Shown here piece after piece: positions 1-10,654 of a stretch of DNA of 64,000 bases. The number at the start of each line of letters is the position of its first letter. The stretch's first letter is position 1. Both the position numbers and the translations under genes were made by a program. The stretch is from Pseudomonadota bacterium. Its GTDB lineage: Bacteria; Pseudomonadota; Gammaproteobacteria; Eutrophobiales; Eutrophobiaceae. The notes below the pieces were generated by a model, which was given only the letters and a program-made list of their open reading frames with translations, was not told the origin of the DNA and did not search any database. The DNA lies in NCBI GenBank assembly GCA_013112535.1, contig JABFGI010000007.1, forward strand, positions 43,592 to 107,591, in the 5' to 3' direction.

Positions 1-15
1 TTTTCGCAGAAAGCA

Positions 16-1671
16 ATGAGTGATTTTCCATCACTGGCAAATTACGGTGTGCGTGTAAGAGATATGCTTGAAGAGTATGCAGCGCATGCTGGCGGCAAAT
101 TAATCCTTAATATTATTGAACCCGAAACATTCTCTGCAGCAGAAGATCAGGCCGTCGCCAGTGGACTTAAAACCGTTCAGGCAAACAACACCAGTGAACG
201 TGCCTACTTCGGCATGGTTGGAACAAACTCTACTGACGATGAAAAAGTCATTCCATTCTTTCAGACTAACAGGGAATCTGCACTTGAATATGACATCACC
301 AAACTGATTTATAACCTGGCTTATCCGGATAAACGTGCTGTTGGTGTTATTTCGCAATTACCGATCATGGGTAACGATACCGATGCGAATCAACCAACCT
401 GGACCATTATTAACGCATTAAAAGAATTTGTTGTTGTTAAAGACTTGAGTCAAAACATTACTGATCTTGACGAAAAAATTGATGTATTAATGTTGGTGCA
501 TCCAAAGAAATTTAAAAATGATGAATTGTATACAATCGATCAATACTTATTGCGTGGCGGTAAAGCCATCATCTTTTTAGATCCGCTTGCTGAACAGGAC
601 AAGACACAACCCGATCCGGCTCAACCAAACGTCATGCCAAAACTGGATTCCTACTTGTCTGCTCTATTGGAACAATGGGGTATTGAAATGAGTAAGGAAA
701 AAATTGTCGGTGACATCACAGCGGCAATGCGGGTCCAGGCAAACAGTCCTCGTGGCCCACAGGAAATTGATTACCTGCCCTGGTTGCGTATGACGGAAAG
801 TAATTTTAATGCAGATGACTTTTCTACCAGCGAGTTAAATCTGGTGCATATGGGCACGGTTGGTTCTTTAGAAGTTAAAGAAGACAAAGGCATGACCATT
901 ACACCACTAATTCAAACATCTAAAAAATCAACAAAACTCGAACGTGATTTGATTCTGTTTCAACGTGATCCGACGGTTATTCTCAATAACTTTGTGTCTG
1001 GTGAAAAACAATTATTGCTAGCTGCACGCGTCAAGGGCAAAGCAACTTCTGTTTTCCCGGAAGGCAATCCTGCTGAAAATGAAGACGGTGAAAACGTCAT
1101 CGATGAAAACTTTATAAGTGAAGGCGAAGTTAATGTCATCCTTGTTTCGGATACCGACATCCTGGCGGATCATTTCTGGGTGCGTACGCAAAAAATGTTT
1201 GGCGTTGATGTGCCGCAACCCATAGCGAATAACGGCGACTTTGTTATTAACAGCATAGAAAACCTGTCAGGCAATACGGACATGATCAGCTTACGTGGTC
1301 GCGGAAAATACTCACGACCTTTTGTTAAAGTTGAAACACTACGTAAAAAAGCGGAAGAACAATTTCGCCAACGCGAAAAAGAATTACAAGCCAGCTTAAG
1401 TGAGACTGAAAAGAAAATACAACAGTTAAAGCAGGAACAAGGCAGCGAAAAATCCTATTTATTAAATAATAAGTTAACAACTGAAATTGAAAAGTTCAGA
1501 GATGAACGTCTGGCTATACGAAAAGAATTACGTAATGTTCAGCATGAATTGAAAAAGAACATTGAAAAACTGGGTGCACAAATACGCTTTATTAATATCG
1601 GACTGATTCCTTTATTAATAACCTTGATCGCATTAATGATTGGAATTTACAGAGCAACCAAACGGACATAA
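16..1671 (+). CDS. GldG-like auxiliary component of an ABC-2 type exporter (probably 5'-truncated by the window edge)
   Basis: Reading frame is open from base 1 (no stop before the M at 16). Long soluble domain, then a coiled-coil segment and a C-terminal TM anchor (IGLIPLLITLIALMIGIY), as in GldG-type proteins. Followed 3 nt later by a DUF4340-like gene, the usual partner. Confidence 0.6.
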   Translation: MSDFPSLANYGVRVRDMLEEYAAHAGGKLILNIIEPETFSAAEDQAVASGLKTVQANNTSERAYFGMVGTNSTDDEKVIPFFQTNRESALEYDITKLIYNLAYPDKRAVGVISQLPIMGNDTDANQPTWTIINALKEFVVVKDLSQNITDLDEKIDVLMLVHPKKFKNDELYTIDQYLLRGGKAIIFLDPLAEQDKTQPDPAQPNVMPKLDSYLSALLEQWGIEMSKEKIVGDITAAMRVQANSPRGPQEIDYLPWLRMTESNFNADDFSTSELNLVHMGTVGSLEVKEDKGMTITPLIQTSKKSTKLERDLILFQRDPTVILNNFVSGEKQLLLAARVKGKATSVFPEGNPAENEDGENVIDENFISEGEVNVILVSDTDILADHFWVRTQKMFGVDVPQPIANNGDFVINSIENLSGNTDMISLRGRGKYSRPFVKVETLRKKAEEQFRQREKELQASLSETEKKIQQLKQEQGSEKSYLLNNKLTTEIEKFRDERLAIRKELRNVQHELKKNIEKLGAQIRFINIGLIPLLITLIALMIGIYRATKRT

Positions 1672-1674
1672 ATC

Positions 1675-2724
1675 ATGTTTAAAAATAAACTCATTGTCCT
1701 GTCACTTATTACAGTCTGCGCAATCATCGCAGCGACTGTTTTTGTCAAACTTCGTGCACCACAAACAGAAAAGGAAAAACCGGCATTTTTTCCTGAGCTA
1801 ACAGGGAAAATTGAATCAGTAAATCATATCGCAATAAAAGGCTATGCAAATTCTATTAATCTTAGTCGTATTAACAACAAATGGGTTATTGATGAATTCG
1901 ATGGTTATCCGGCATTACCTGATAAAGTAAAAAGTGCCGTGTTAGGTGCCGTTGAACTGAAGATTAATGCCCCTAAAACGGCATTACCCCGATTATATCA
2001 TCGCCTTGGTGTAGAAGGACCTGAAGTAGAAGACACAACTTCATTATTGTTTACATTAGAAGATAATGAAAATAACAAATTGGTTAATGTTATTGTTGGC
2101 AAACCAAGACGCAGTAGTGCATCACAAAGTACTCCTGGCCTTTATGTGCGTAAGCCGGAAGAAGCAAGCTCTTATCTGGTCGATGGTGTTATCGATATAA
2201 GTGCAATAAAAACAGACTGGATAGAACGTACACTATTCGATATTCCGGCAGAAGCCATTCAGTCAGTACGTATTGATCATGCTGACGGTGATACCTTTAC
2301 TTTATTGAAAAAAGAAAAGGGACAGGAACAGTTTGAATTACAATATCTCCCTTTAGGGAAAAAGCTGGCCTCTGAATTAATCATCAAACGATTTGGAAGT
2401 ATCCTGTCAGATATGCAAATCAGCGGAGCCAGATCACAGGAAAAATTTGAGGCACATGGCGATGTGATACAAGCGCAAATCGTTACCTTTGAAGGTATCA
2501 TCACTAACATCACCGCTTTTCTATATGATGAGCTACCCTATGCCTCATTTGAGTTTAGATATGATGAGACTCTTCTGGATGAAGATAAAAGCAAAGCTGA
2601 AGATGTTAAGGCATTTATTGGTAACCTGAATGCACGAACCTTGAACTGGTGGTTTGAAATCCCCGAATTTAAATTCGATGTGTTAAAAAAACGCTCGAAT
2701 ATTGTTATGCGGGATGCTGGTTAG
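1675..2724 (+). CDS. DUF4340-like protein with N-terminal membrane anchor
   Basis: N-terminal TM helix. Position directly after the GldG-like gene. General resemblance to DUF4340 proteins; recognised by eye only. Confidence 0.45.
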   Translation: MFKNKLIVLSLITVCAIIAATVFVKLRAPQTEKEKPAFFPELTGKIESVNHIAIKGYANSINLSRINNKWVIDEFDGYPALPDKVKSAVLGAVELKINAPKTALPRLYHRLGVEGPEVEDTTSLLFTLEDNENNKLVNVIVGKPRRSSASQSTPGLYVRKPEEASSYLVDGVIDISAIKTDWIERTLFDIPAEAIQSVRIDHADGDTFTLLKKEKGQEQFELQYLPLGKKLASELIIKRFGSILSDMQISGARSQEKFEAHGDVIQAQIVTFEGIITNITAFLYDELPYASFEFRYDETLLDEDKSKAEDVKAFIGNLNARTLNWWFEIPEFKFDVLKKRSNIVMRDAG

Positions 2725-2731
2725 AAAGTAA

Positions 2732-4894
2732 CTAAGAGACCAGTTTGTTAGTGTTGTCAGTACAATGATTAGATTCATATTCCTTCGCCCACAGATAAAA
2801 GTCACTTGCCGGCAATGGTCGCGAATAATAAAAACCTTGAACGACATCACATTGATGCTGTTTCAGGTATTCAAGTTGCTCTTTATCTTCCACTCCTTCC
2901 GCAATAACCTTATAGCCTAAATTATGTGCCAATGAAATTAACGCATTCACTATAGTTGCATCATCTTTATCATGCATAAGATCGTGTACAAAACTTTGAT
3001 CGATCTTTAATTTTGATATCGGCAAGCGTTTGAGATAGCTCAACGATGAATAACCTGTCCCAAAATCATCAATGGAAATACTGGCACCAAACTCCCTTAA
3101 TTCCTGAAGCACAGGCAAGACAATATCGACATCTTCCATTAATACCGACTCGGTAATTTCCAAATCCAGACGTGACGCTTCAAATCCGGCTAAACGTAAA
3201 TGTTTAAAAATATGCTCATTGATATTTTTATCGAGTAATGATGCCGGTGTAATATTTATAGCAACAGATTCCAGTTCAAATCCTTGCTTGCCCCAATCGG
3301 AAAGTTGTCTACAAGCTTCAGCAATAGCCCAATCCGTCATTGGCATTATTAAACCGGTGTTTTCAGCCAGGGGAATAAAATTTGTTGGAGGGACCAGCCC
3401 CATATCAGGATGATTCCATCTGATTAAAGCTTCTGCACCTGTAATATGTCCATCATCCAGACTAATTTTAGGTTGATAATAGAGTTGGAATTCTTCTCTT
3501 TCCAAAGCCTTGCGTAAACTTGTCTCCATGGATAATCTCTGGAAAGACTGTGCATTCATCGAATCGGTATAAAACCGATAACAATTCCGACCAGTTTCTT
3601 TTGCATTATGTAATGCTACGCTTATCTTTTTTAATAAACCTTCAACTTCATCGCCATCTTCAGGATAAACCCCGATACCAATACTTGCTGTCAAATGAAT
3701 TTCATTTCCAGGAATTTGAAATGGCTCATTAAATTCATGGTTAATCCGGCGCGCTATCTTCGCTGCCTCATCTGCATTATTAATTTCGTTAAGCATGATA
3801 ATAAAATTATCACCGCCAAAGTGGGCAACAAGTCCTGTCCTGAAACTGACTTCATCATCATTAATGCTTCCAGAATTTGAATTATCTATATCCTGAATAA
3901 TATTGCCTAGTCTCTGACTTGCCGCCAATAACAATTTATCACCAACGTCATGACCCAGTGTCGTATTAATACGCATGAATTTATCAAGATTAATATCTAG
4001 CAAGGCAAAATGACGATCATGCCGTTTTGAAGATTCGATTGTTTTTTTAAGCAGTCGTTTAAAAAACTGTCGATTAGGTAGACCGGTAACACTATCGTAA
4101 AAAGACAGGGTCTGAACTTTCTTTTCAGCGTTTCTTAAATCAGAAATATCCTGGAAGATACCAAAGATTATTCCTTCATTTATTTCATCATAATTATCAG
4201 TATCAATAATTTGTCTGATTTGTTTTTTAGAGCCATCATTAATCTTGATAGAATACTCAATACTGTGATTCGATTTTTCCAATGATGCATTATCCAGTAC
4301 ATTACGTACTCGATTTACATCATTTTTATCAATACAATTAATTAAATCTTCATGCGACATTACATTTGAATTGTTAATACCGAATATTTTGGTCACTTCA
4401 TCAGAGCAGAAAAACTGTTTTTTTTGTATGTCGTAGGTCCATTCACCCATTTTTGCAACTTTTTGAGCTGACAATAGTTGCCTTTCCCTGTTAGCCAGTT
4501 GCTTGGCTATTTCACTAGCGCGTAATGAGAATTGAACCCGGTGATTGAGTTTAGCCTGGTTAATGGGTTTTGTTATAAAATCGGTTGCGCCTTTATTATA
4601 GGCTTCATTAACCGAAGCCTGATCATCCTGCGCAGTCATAATCATAATTGGGATGTGTTTTTCAGAACTGAATGTTGATGCTTTTTCACAAAACTCGAAG
4701 CCATTCATCCCGGGCATATTTACGTCGGCCATGACCATATCGGGAGATTCAGCTTTTAATTTTTCAAGGCCAACAATACCATCAGCAGCCTCAATAATAA
4801 TATAATCCTGTTTTTCCAGCTTAAGTCTTAATATCTGGCGAATATCCTTATCATCATCAATAATTAATATCTTTTTTTTAGTTTCCTCTTCCAT
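2732..4894 (-). CDS. Response-regulator receiver / PAS / GGDEF(degenerate) / EAL c-di-GMP protein
   Basis: N-terminal REC (ILIIDDD...MADVNMPGMNG), a central PAS-like region, a GGDEF domain whose signature reads GGDNF, and a C-terminal EAL domain (EALIRW, DDFGTGYSSL, KIDQSF). Confidence 0.85.
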   Translation of the reverse strand: MEEETKKKILIIDDDKDIRQILRLKLEKQDYIIIEAADGIVGLEKLKAESPDMVMADVNMPGMNGFEFCEKASTFSSEKHIPIMIMTAQDDQASVNEAYNKGATDFITKPINQAKLNHRVQFSLRASEIAKQLANRERQLLSAQKVAKMGEWTYDIQKKQFFCSDEVTKIFGINNSNVMSHEDLINCIDKNDVNRVRNVLDNASLEKSNHSIEYSIKINDGSKKQIRQIIDTDNYDEINEGIIFGIFQDISDLRNAEKKVQTLSFYDSVTGLPNRQFFKRLLKKTIESSKRHDRHFALLDINLDKFMRINTTLGHDVGDKLLLAASQRLGNIIQDIDNSNSGSINDDEVSFRTGLVAHFGGDNFIIMLNEINNADEAAKIARRINHEFNEPFQIPGNEIHLTASIGIGVYPEDGDEVEGLLKKISVALHNAKETGRNCYRFYTDSMNAQSFQRLSMETSLRKALEREEFQLYYQPKISLDDGHITGAEALIRWNHPDMGLVPPTNFIPLAENTGLIMPMTDWAIAEACRQLSDWGKQGFELESVAINITPASLLDKNINEHIFKHLRLAGFEASRLDLEITESVLMEDVDIVLPVLQELREFGASISIDDFGTGYSSLSYLKRLPISKLKIDQSFVHDLMHDKDDATIVNALISLAHNLGYKVIAEGVEDKEQLEYLKQHQCDVVQGFYYSRPLPASDFYLWAKEYESNHCTDNTNKLVS

Positions 4895-4943
4895 AGTATT
4901 TATCGCTGGTCAGAAATCAGATTTGAATATTGATTCTACTTAA

Positions 4944-5324
4944 TTAAGCAACTTTATCCATATTGTCTTGCAAATATTTTTTTATTAATACATGAGATTG
5001 CGTAAAGATATCCTGTAATTCACCAAGCCTGTTTCTTGCAGAGTCAAGATCATTTTTAACCAGGCATTGCTGTATGTCTTCGGCAATGTTTCCTAAACAT
5101 ATTGCACCTACATTATTACCGCATGATTTAAACGAGAGTATTACATCTAACAAGTTATCTGACTCTTCTTCAAAAGCAAGGTGGATTTCCGACATTAAAC
5201 TAACGGACTCCTCAAGGAAATTCTGCAATACATCTGTAAATTCATCGTCCATAATTGATTTTAATTCTTTTAAAATTGATTCATCTATCAATGCAGAATT
5301 ACTTTTATTCTTTTTACTTTCCAT
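4944..5324 (-). CDS. Hpt-like four-helix-bundle protein (canonical His apparently absent)
   Basis: Size and helical pattern match Hpt domains. Motif region reads LSFKSCGNNVGA, where Hpt normally has HxLKGSxxxxGA. Lies directly upstream of the REC-containing gene. Confidence 0.5.
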   Translation of the reverse strand: MESKKNKSNSALIDESILKELKSIMDDEFTDVLQNFLEESVSLMSEIHLAFEEESDNLLDVILSFKSCGNNVGAICLGNIAEDIQQCLVKNDLDSARNRLGELQDIFTQSHVLIKKYLQDNMDKVA

Positions 5325-5447
5325 AGATTATGCCTCTTTGTAATTGTATCCTTACCCCCTATTGTTTATTTTTATACAATTCTCCTACGTCATTTAATAT
5401 GTCAAAAACAGCTTTTATACTGAGCTCTATTATTTACTTTTGCTTTT

Positions 5448-5987
5448 CTAGTTTAATACGCGGTGAGATATAGGACTACTAAATGAAATACTCCCTGTAT
5501 TAAATATTAGACTAAAATCATCATCTTCATTTGGTAATTGGTAGTGTTGCTTTGTGACAGACTTGTCAGAAAACTGATTAATAAAATTCAATAGTTCAGA
5601 GACCTGAATAAAATTTTCTGTCAGATATTCAAAAATAATCTCGTTTTCACCGTATTCGAGTGAAGCCAGTTTTTTATATGACTCAACTCCCATAGAGACA
5701 AACTCTTCAATAGCGACACCATATTCCTCACTTGCTTCTGGGTAAAAACCACATAACATTAGGCATTGATCTCCCAGGCGCTGTAATTTGTATTCGGTAC
5801 TATCAACGAATTTCTGCTGTTTTGTTTCAAAAAAGACAGCTTTATCTTCCTGTTCAATACGCATAAACAGTCTTATCAGGTAATTTTCAATACCTTGAGG
5901 CAACATATGACGGGCAATATGCTCGGCTTTGCCAATCAGGGCATGCCAGTGAGCTGTTTCAGGAACGCTAATTGATATCTGCTTCAA
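5448..5987 (-). CDS. Hypothetical protein, paralog of 33944-34588
   Basis: Shares a core block (LQRLGDQCLMLCGFYPE...FVSMGVESYKKLA) with LRKLGDTALFTSGFFAG...FISMGGGAYSFLA in the other ORF. No recognised domain. Confidence 0.6.
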   Translation of the reverse strand: MKQISISVPETAHWHALIGKAEHIARHMLPQGIENYLIRLFMRIEQEDKAVFFETKQQKFVDSTEYKLQRLGDQCLMLCGFYPEASEEYGVAIEEFVSMGVESYKKLASLEYGENEIIFEYLTENFIQVSELLNFINQFSDKSVTKQHYQLPNEDDDFSLIFNTGSISFSSPISHRVLN

Positions 5988-6132
5988 AATATTGCCTTAC
6001 TTTAATTATTCAGATACAAGATCTATCGGCGATTTGTTATTATTTCTTGAGATAATTATTGATAAAAACCGCTCCATACACATCATCAGTCACACACGGT
6101 ATACTTCCCGCCTCTTAAAATGGTTTAACTAG

Positions 6133-7056
6133 ATGTCACAAGATAATAAAGAAAAAGAAATTTACGGAACTTGTAATAGCTTCCAGGAACTCATTTTTGA
6201 GCTGCAAAAATACTGGTCTGCTCATGGCTGCACTATCGCGCAACCCTATGATATGGAAATGGGTGCAGGAACGTTCCATCCTGCCACATTCTTGCGTGCT
6301 ATTGGCCCTGAACCCTGGCGTGCGGCTTATGTACAGCCTTGTCGTCGCCCTACAGATGGTCGTTATGGCGAAAATCCGAATAGACTGCAACACTACTATC
6401 AATTTCAGGTATTGCTAAAACCGTCACCCGATAATATCCAGCAACTTTATCTGGATTCACTCAACGCGATAGGTGTCGACACCGACACCCATGATATTCG
6501 GTTTGTCGAAGATAACTGGGAATCTCCCACTTTAGGTGCCTGGGGACTGGGCTGGGAAGTCTGGCTGGATGGCATGGAAATCAGCCAATTTACCTATTTC
6601 CAACAAATTGGTGGTCTGGACTGCAAGCCGGTAACCGGTGAAATTACCTATGGTCTGGAACGTATTGCCATGTGTCTACAGGATTGCAGTAATATTTTTG
6701 ATCTTGTCTGGACTGAAAGTAATGGCCATAAAGTAACATACGGTGATCTTTATCATCAAAATGAAGTTGAAATGTCACGCTACAATTTTGAATTGGCTAA
6801 TACAGACTCGTTATTCGACTGGTTTGATACCTGCGAATCTGAATGTATGAACCTTATTAATCAAGATTTACCGTTACCTGCTTATGAAATGACAATGAAA
6901 GCCTCACACGCGTTTAATTTATTAGATGCGCGCGGAGCAATTTCAGTGACTGAACGACAACGTTATATTTTACGCGTCAGAACACTTTCGCATGCAGTAG
7001 CTCAAGCTTTTTATGAAAGCCGTGAATCACTGAACTTCCCATTATTAAAAAAATAG
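6133..7056 (+). CDS. glyQ: Glycine--tRNA ligase alpha subunit
   Basis: Highly conserved GlyQ sequence ([17 protein letters not shown]..., [22 protein letters not shown]). Followed by glyS. Confidence 0.97.
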   Translation: MSQDNKEKEIYGTCNSFQELIFELQKYWSAHGCTIAQPYDMEMGAGTFHPATFLRAIGPEPWRAAYVQPCRRPTDGRYGENPNRLQHYYQFQVLLKPSPDNIQQLYLDSLNAIGVDTDTHDIRFVEDNWESPTLGAWGLGWEVWLDGMEISQFTYFQQIGGLDCKPVTGEITYGLERIAMCLQDCSNIFDLVWTESNGHKVTYGDLYHQNEVEMSRYNFELANTDSLFDWFDTCESECMNLINQDLPLPAYEMTMKASHAFNLLDARGAISVTERQRYILRVRTLSHAVAQAFYESRESLNFPLLKK

Positions 7057-7068
7057 AACGAATTTAAA

Positions 7069-9144
7069 ATGAGTAACACACAAAACTTGTTGATTGAAAT
7101 TGGTACGGAAGAATTACCGCCAAAGTCACTAAAAAAACTGGCCTCTGCTTTTAAAGATGAAATGATTAAATCTTTTAATGAAGAAAAGCTCAACTTTAGT
7201 GATGCAAACTGGTATGCCACACCGCGTCGACTTTCATTAATAATTAATAATCTTGAAGTCAAACAAGAAGACAAACAACAACAACGTCGCGGCCCTGCCC
7301 TTGCTGCTGCTTATGATGCCGAAGGCAAACCGACAAAAGCAACAGAAGGTTTTGCAAAATCCTGTGGCGTAAGCGTTGATCAATTGGAAAAACTGGAAAC
7401 AGATAAAGGCACATGGTTGGCTTTTAATGCTGTTATTAAAGGTAAGGAAACAACTGAACTGATATCTGCAATTATTGAAACGGCATTAGGACGGCTACCT
7501 ATCGCCAAACGTATGCGTTGGGGAGACAGTGATGTTGAGTTTGTACGACCAGTCAAATGGGTACTTATCCTGTTTGGTACTGACTATCTTGACTGTGAGA
7601 TTATGGGAATCACTTCTGGCAAAGAAAGTTTTGGACATCGTTTCCACCATCCTCATGCTGTATCAATAAACGCACCTGAAAACTATATTGAAACATTAAA
7701 AAAGGAAGCGCACGTTTTAGTAGACTACAATGAACGTCGCACCTTAATTGAATCTCAGGTTAATGCTATTGCTGAAGAAAATAATGGTATAGCCATTATT
7801 GATCCTGATTTACTCGATGAAGTAACTGCATTGGTTGAATGGCCAGTTAGTTTTGTCGGTGAATTCAATTCTGATTTTCTCAAACTACCGAAAGAAGTAT
7901 TAATTTCTTCTATGCAGGATCATCAGAAATATTTTCCCGTTGTTGATACAAAAGGTAACTTATTACCGTACTTTATCAGTGTTGCCAATATCGAAAGCAA
8001 GAACCCGGCATTAGTAAAACGTGGTAACGAGCGTGTGATACAACCTCGATTAAATGATGCTGCTTTTTTCTGGGAACGTGATTTAAAACACGGATTAGCA
8101 AATCATATTGAATCACTTAAAAAAGTGATTTATCAAAAACAACTGGGAACATTGTTTGATAAATCAGATCGTTTACAAAAATCAGTTCTCCATCTGGCTA
8201 AACCTTTAAATATTGAAATTGATCAAGCGAAGCGTGCTGCTGCATTATGCCTATGTGATCTACTCACTGACATGGTTTCCGAGTTCCCTGCTTTACAGGG
8301 AACGATGGGGCGTTACTACGCTGAAGCAGATGGTGAAGACGGTCAAGTGGCCATTGCTTTAGAAGAATATTATCAACCCCGGTTTGCTGGTGATGCCTTG
8401 CCAACATCAGCATTAGGTCAATGTCTGGCTATCAGTGAAAAAATCGATAGCCTTGTCGGTATCTTTGCTATTGGTAAAGCACCAACCGGAGACAAAGATC
8501 CGTTCGGTTTACGTCGTTCGGCAATCGGCTTATTGCGCATCATTATTGAGTGTAATCTCGATATTGATTTAAAAGAATTAATTACTAATGCTGCAGCAAA
8601 TTATCCGACTGATATTAATAGCAATAACTGTATTGATGATGTTTACCACTTTCTAATGGAACGATTACGTCGTTATTATCTGGATGAAGGCGTCAGCCCT
8701 GATACGTTTGAATCGGTATTAGCCATCAATACCAGTAAACCACTGGATTTTCACCATCGACTTACTGCTGTCACTGAATTTAGAAAACTGACTCAAGCTG
8801 AAAGTCTGGCTGCAGCCAATAAACGTATTAGTAATATACTGAAAAAGTCAGAGATTACTGACATAAAACAGGTGAATGATAATTTACTCACCGAAGAATC
8901 AGAAATCACATTGGCAAAATCATTAAATGAATACCAGAAACGTCTGGCTCCCATGATAGAAAAGCGTGATTATAAGTCAGCGTTAACTGAGTTAGCGGGA
9001 TTACGTGAGAACGTTGATAATTTTTTTGATAATGTCATGGTGAATTGTGAAGATGATGCGACTAGAATTAATAGACTGGCACTACTCAACAGTTTGAGTG
9101 CTTTATTTTTAAAAACAGCAGACATTTCTAAATTACAGAGTTAA
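7069..9144 (+). CDS. glyS: Glycine--tRNA ligase beta subunit
   Basis: Typical GlyS N-terminus (LLIEIGTEELPPK), 691 aa, placed immediately after glyQ. Confidence 0.97.
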   Translation: MSNTQNLLIEIGTEELPPKSLKKLASAFKDEMIKSFNEEKLNFSDANWYATPRRLSLIINNLEVKQEDKQQQRRGPALAAAYDAEGKPTKATEGFAKSCGVSVDQLEKLETDKGTWLAFNAVIKGKETTELISAIIETALGRLPIAKRMRWGDSDVEFVRPVKWVLILFGTDYLDCEIMGITSGKESFGHRFHHPHAVSINAPENYIETLKKEAHVLVDYNERRTLIESQVNAIAEENNGIAIIDPDLLDEVTALVEWPVSFVGEFNSDFLKLPKEVLISSMQDHQKYFPVVDTKGNLLPYFISVANIESKNPALVKRGNERVIQPRLNDAAFFWERDLKHGLANHIESLKKVIYQKQLGTLFDKSDRLQKSVLHLAKPLNIEIDQAKRAAALCLCDLLTDMVSEFPALQGTMGRYYAEADGEDGQVAIALEEYYQPRFAGDALPTSALGQCLAISEKIDSLVGIFAIGKAPTGDKDPFGLRRSAIGLLRIIIECNLDIDLKELITNAAANYPTDINSNNCIDDVYHFLMERLRRYYLDEGVSPDTFESVLAINTSKPLDFHHRLTAVTEFRKLTQAESLAAANKRISNILKKSEITDIKQVNDNLLTEESEITLAKSLNEYQKRLAPMIEKRDYKSALTELAGLRENVDNFFDNVMVNCEDDATRINRLALLNSLSALFLKTADISKLQS

Positions 9145-9146
9145 TA

Positions 9147-9689
9147 ATGGCGCTTATTATTCTAGATCGTGATGGTGTAATTAATGAAGACTCCGATGAT
9201 TACATCAAGTCACCTGAGGAGTGGCATGCTATCCCCGGCAGTCTCGAAGCCATAAGCACACTTTCACATAACGGATATCAGGTAATTATTGCGACAAATC
9301 AATCAGGCATAGGTCGAAAATTATTTACCATGGATGATCTCAATGCTATTCATCTAAAAATGAAATCACATCTTGCTCAATACGGTGGCGTCATTGATGC
9401 AATATTCTTTTGTCCTCATACACCTAGAGATGATTGCAATTGTCGTAAACCGAAACCTGGGCTTTATAACGATATTTCACAACGATTAAGAATCGCATTA
9501 AACAAAGTATATTGTATTGGCGACAAGATGACGGATGTCAAAGCCATACAAAGTGCCGGAGGCAAACCTGTGCTAGTGCGTACCGGTAAAGGTCAGTCCG
9601 AAATAGATCAAGGCTTGGTTCCGGAAGGTATACCTGTTTACGACAACCTCGCTTCATTTGTAAACGAGAAAATTATATTCAATAAGTGA
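9147..9689 (+). CDS. gmhB: D-glycero-beta-D-manno-heptose-1,7-bisphosphate 7-phosphatase
   Basis: HAD motif DRDGVIN, TNQSGIGR, and the Zn-loop CPHxPxxxCxCRKP. glyQS-gmhB synteny. Confidence 0.9.
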   Translation: MALIILDRDGVINEDSDDYIKSPEEWHAIPGSLEAISTLSHNGYQVIIATNQSGIGRKLFTMDDLNAIHLKMKSHLAQYGGVIDAIFFCPHTPRDDCNCRKPKPGLYNDISQRLRIALNKVYCIGDKMTDVKAIQSAGGKPVLVRTGKGQSEIDQGLVPEGIPVYDNLASFVNEKIIFNK

Positions 9690-9690
9690 T

Positions 9691-9834
9691 CCTGAAAACC
9701 ACAGTTGACCGACCGTATTCCAAAATAAAACGATATAAACTAATGATTTCTTTTATTTTAGTATTTTATCCAAAAAGTAAGTTCGTCTACACATTTAATT
9801 GCACACTTAAACACGTCCAACTGTGGTTTTTAGG
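9691..9834. repeat. About 144-bp segment bounded by 19-20-nt imperfect inverted repeats (MITE-like, or a long-range RNA stem)
   Basis: CCTGAAAACCACAGTTGAC (9691-9709) against the reverse complement of GTCCAACTGTGGTTTTTAGG (9815-9834). One mismatch and one 1-nt indel. Confidence 0.4.
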
Positions 9835-9837
9835 ATA

Positions 9838-10557
9838 ATGTTATTTATCCGCTCCCTGTTTTTTTACATCGGGCAAATTGTTAGTACGCTGCTATTCGCA
9901 CCATTGGGCGTTATTATTTTTCCGTTAAAATTTGAAACACGATATTACCTGGTCTCACGCTGGGCTGCTTTTAATCTTTGCTGGCTGAAAATCTGTTGTG
10001 GTGTCAGTTATAAAATTGAAGGCACGGACAATATTCCCGACAAACCCTGTATCGTCATGTGTAATCATCAATCTGCATTTGAAACACTGGCATTACAACT
10101 TATCTTCATCCCACAAGTATGGGTACTAAAACGCGAGTTATTACAAATCCCCATTTATGGCTGGGGTTTAGCATCGATGCAACCGATTGCTATAGATAGA
10201 GGTTCCGCCGTTAAATCGTTTCGACAAATTGTTGCGCAGGGTTGTGAACGATTGAAGCTAGACTTATGGGTCATTATCTTTCCCGAAGGGACGCGTATTG
10301 CACCAGGAGAAAAAGGCAAGTACCTGCCCGGAGGAGGATTACTTGCTGAAAAATCCGGTGCCAATGTAGTTCCCGTTGCACACAATGCCGGTTACCTGTG
10401 GTCACGCAACAGTATGATTAAAAAACCGGGCGTCGTTACAATTGTCATTGGTCCAGTTATTAAAACAGTTAACAAAAGCGCAAAACAAATCACTAAAGAA
10501 GTCGAATCATGGATTGACGAAACAGCTAAGTCTTTACCCGATCCCAATATTAATTAA
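9838..10557 (+). CDS. plsC: 1-acyl-sn-glycerol-3-phosphate acyltransferase
   Basis: NHQSAFE and FPEGTR acyltransferase motifs. ATG at 9838 is preferred over the GTG at 9823, which lies inside the inverted repeat. Confidence 0.85.
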   Translation: MLFIRSLFFYIGQIVSTLLFAPLGVIIFPLKFETRYYLVSRWAAFNLCWLKICCGVSYKIEGTDNIPDKPCIVMCNHQSAFETLALQLIFIPQVWVLKRELLQIPIYGWGLASMQPIAIDRGSAVKSFRQIVAQGCERLKLDLWVIIFPEGTRIAPGEKGKYLPGGGLLAEKSGANVVPVAHNAGYLWSRNSMIKKPGVVTIVIGPVIKTVNKSAKQITKEVESWIDETAKSLPDPNIN

Positions 10558-10654
10558 CGTTTGTTAAAAATATTTTGATATTTTTCATAAATCCACCTTG
10601 CTGATATAAATTTTTAGCAACATACTTCCACTGTCAACAACAGGGGGTATCATT

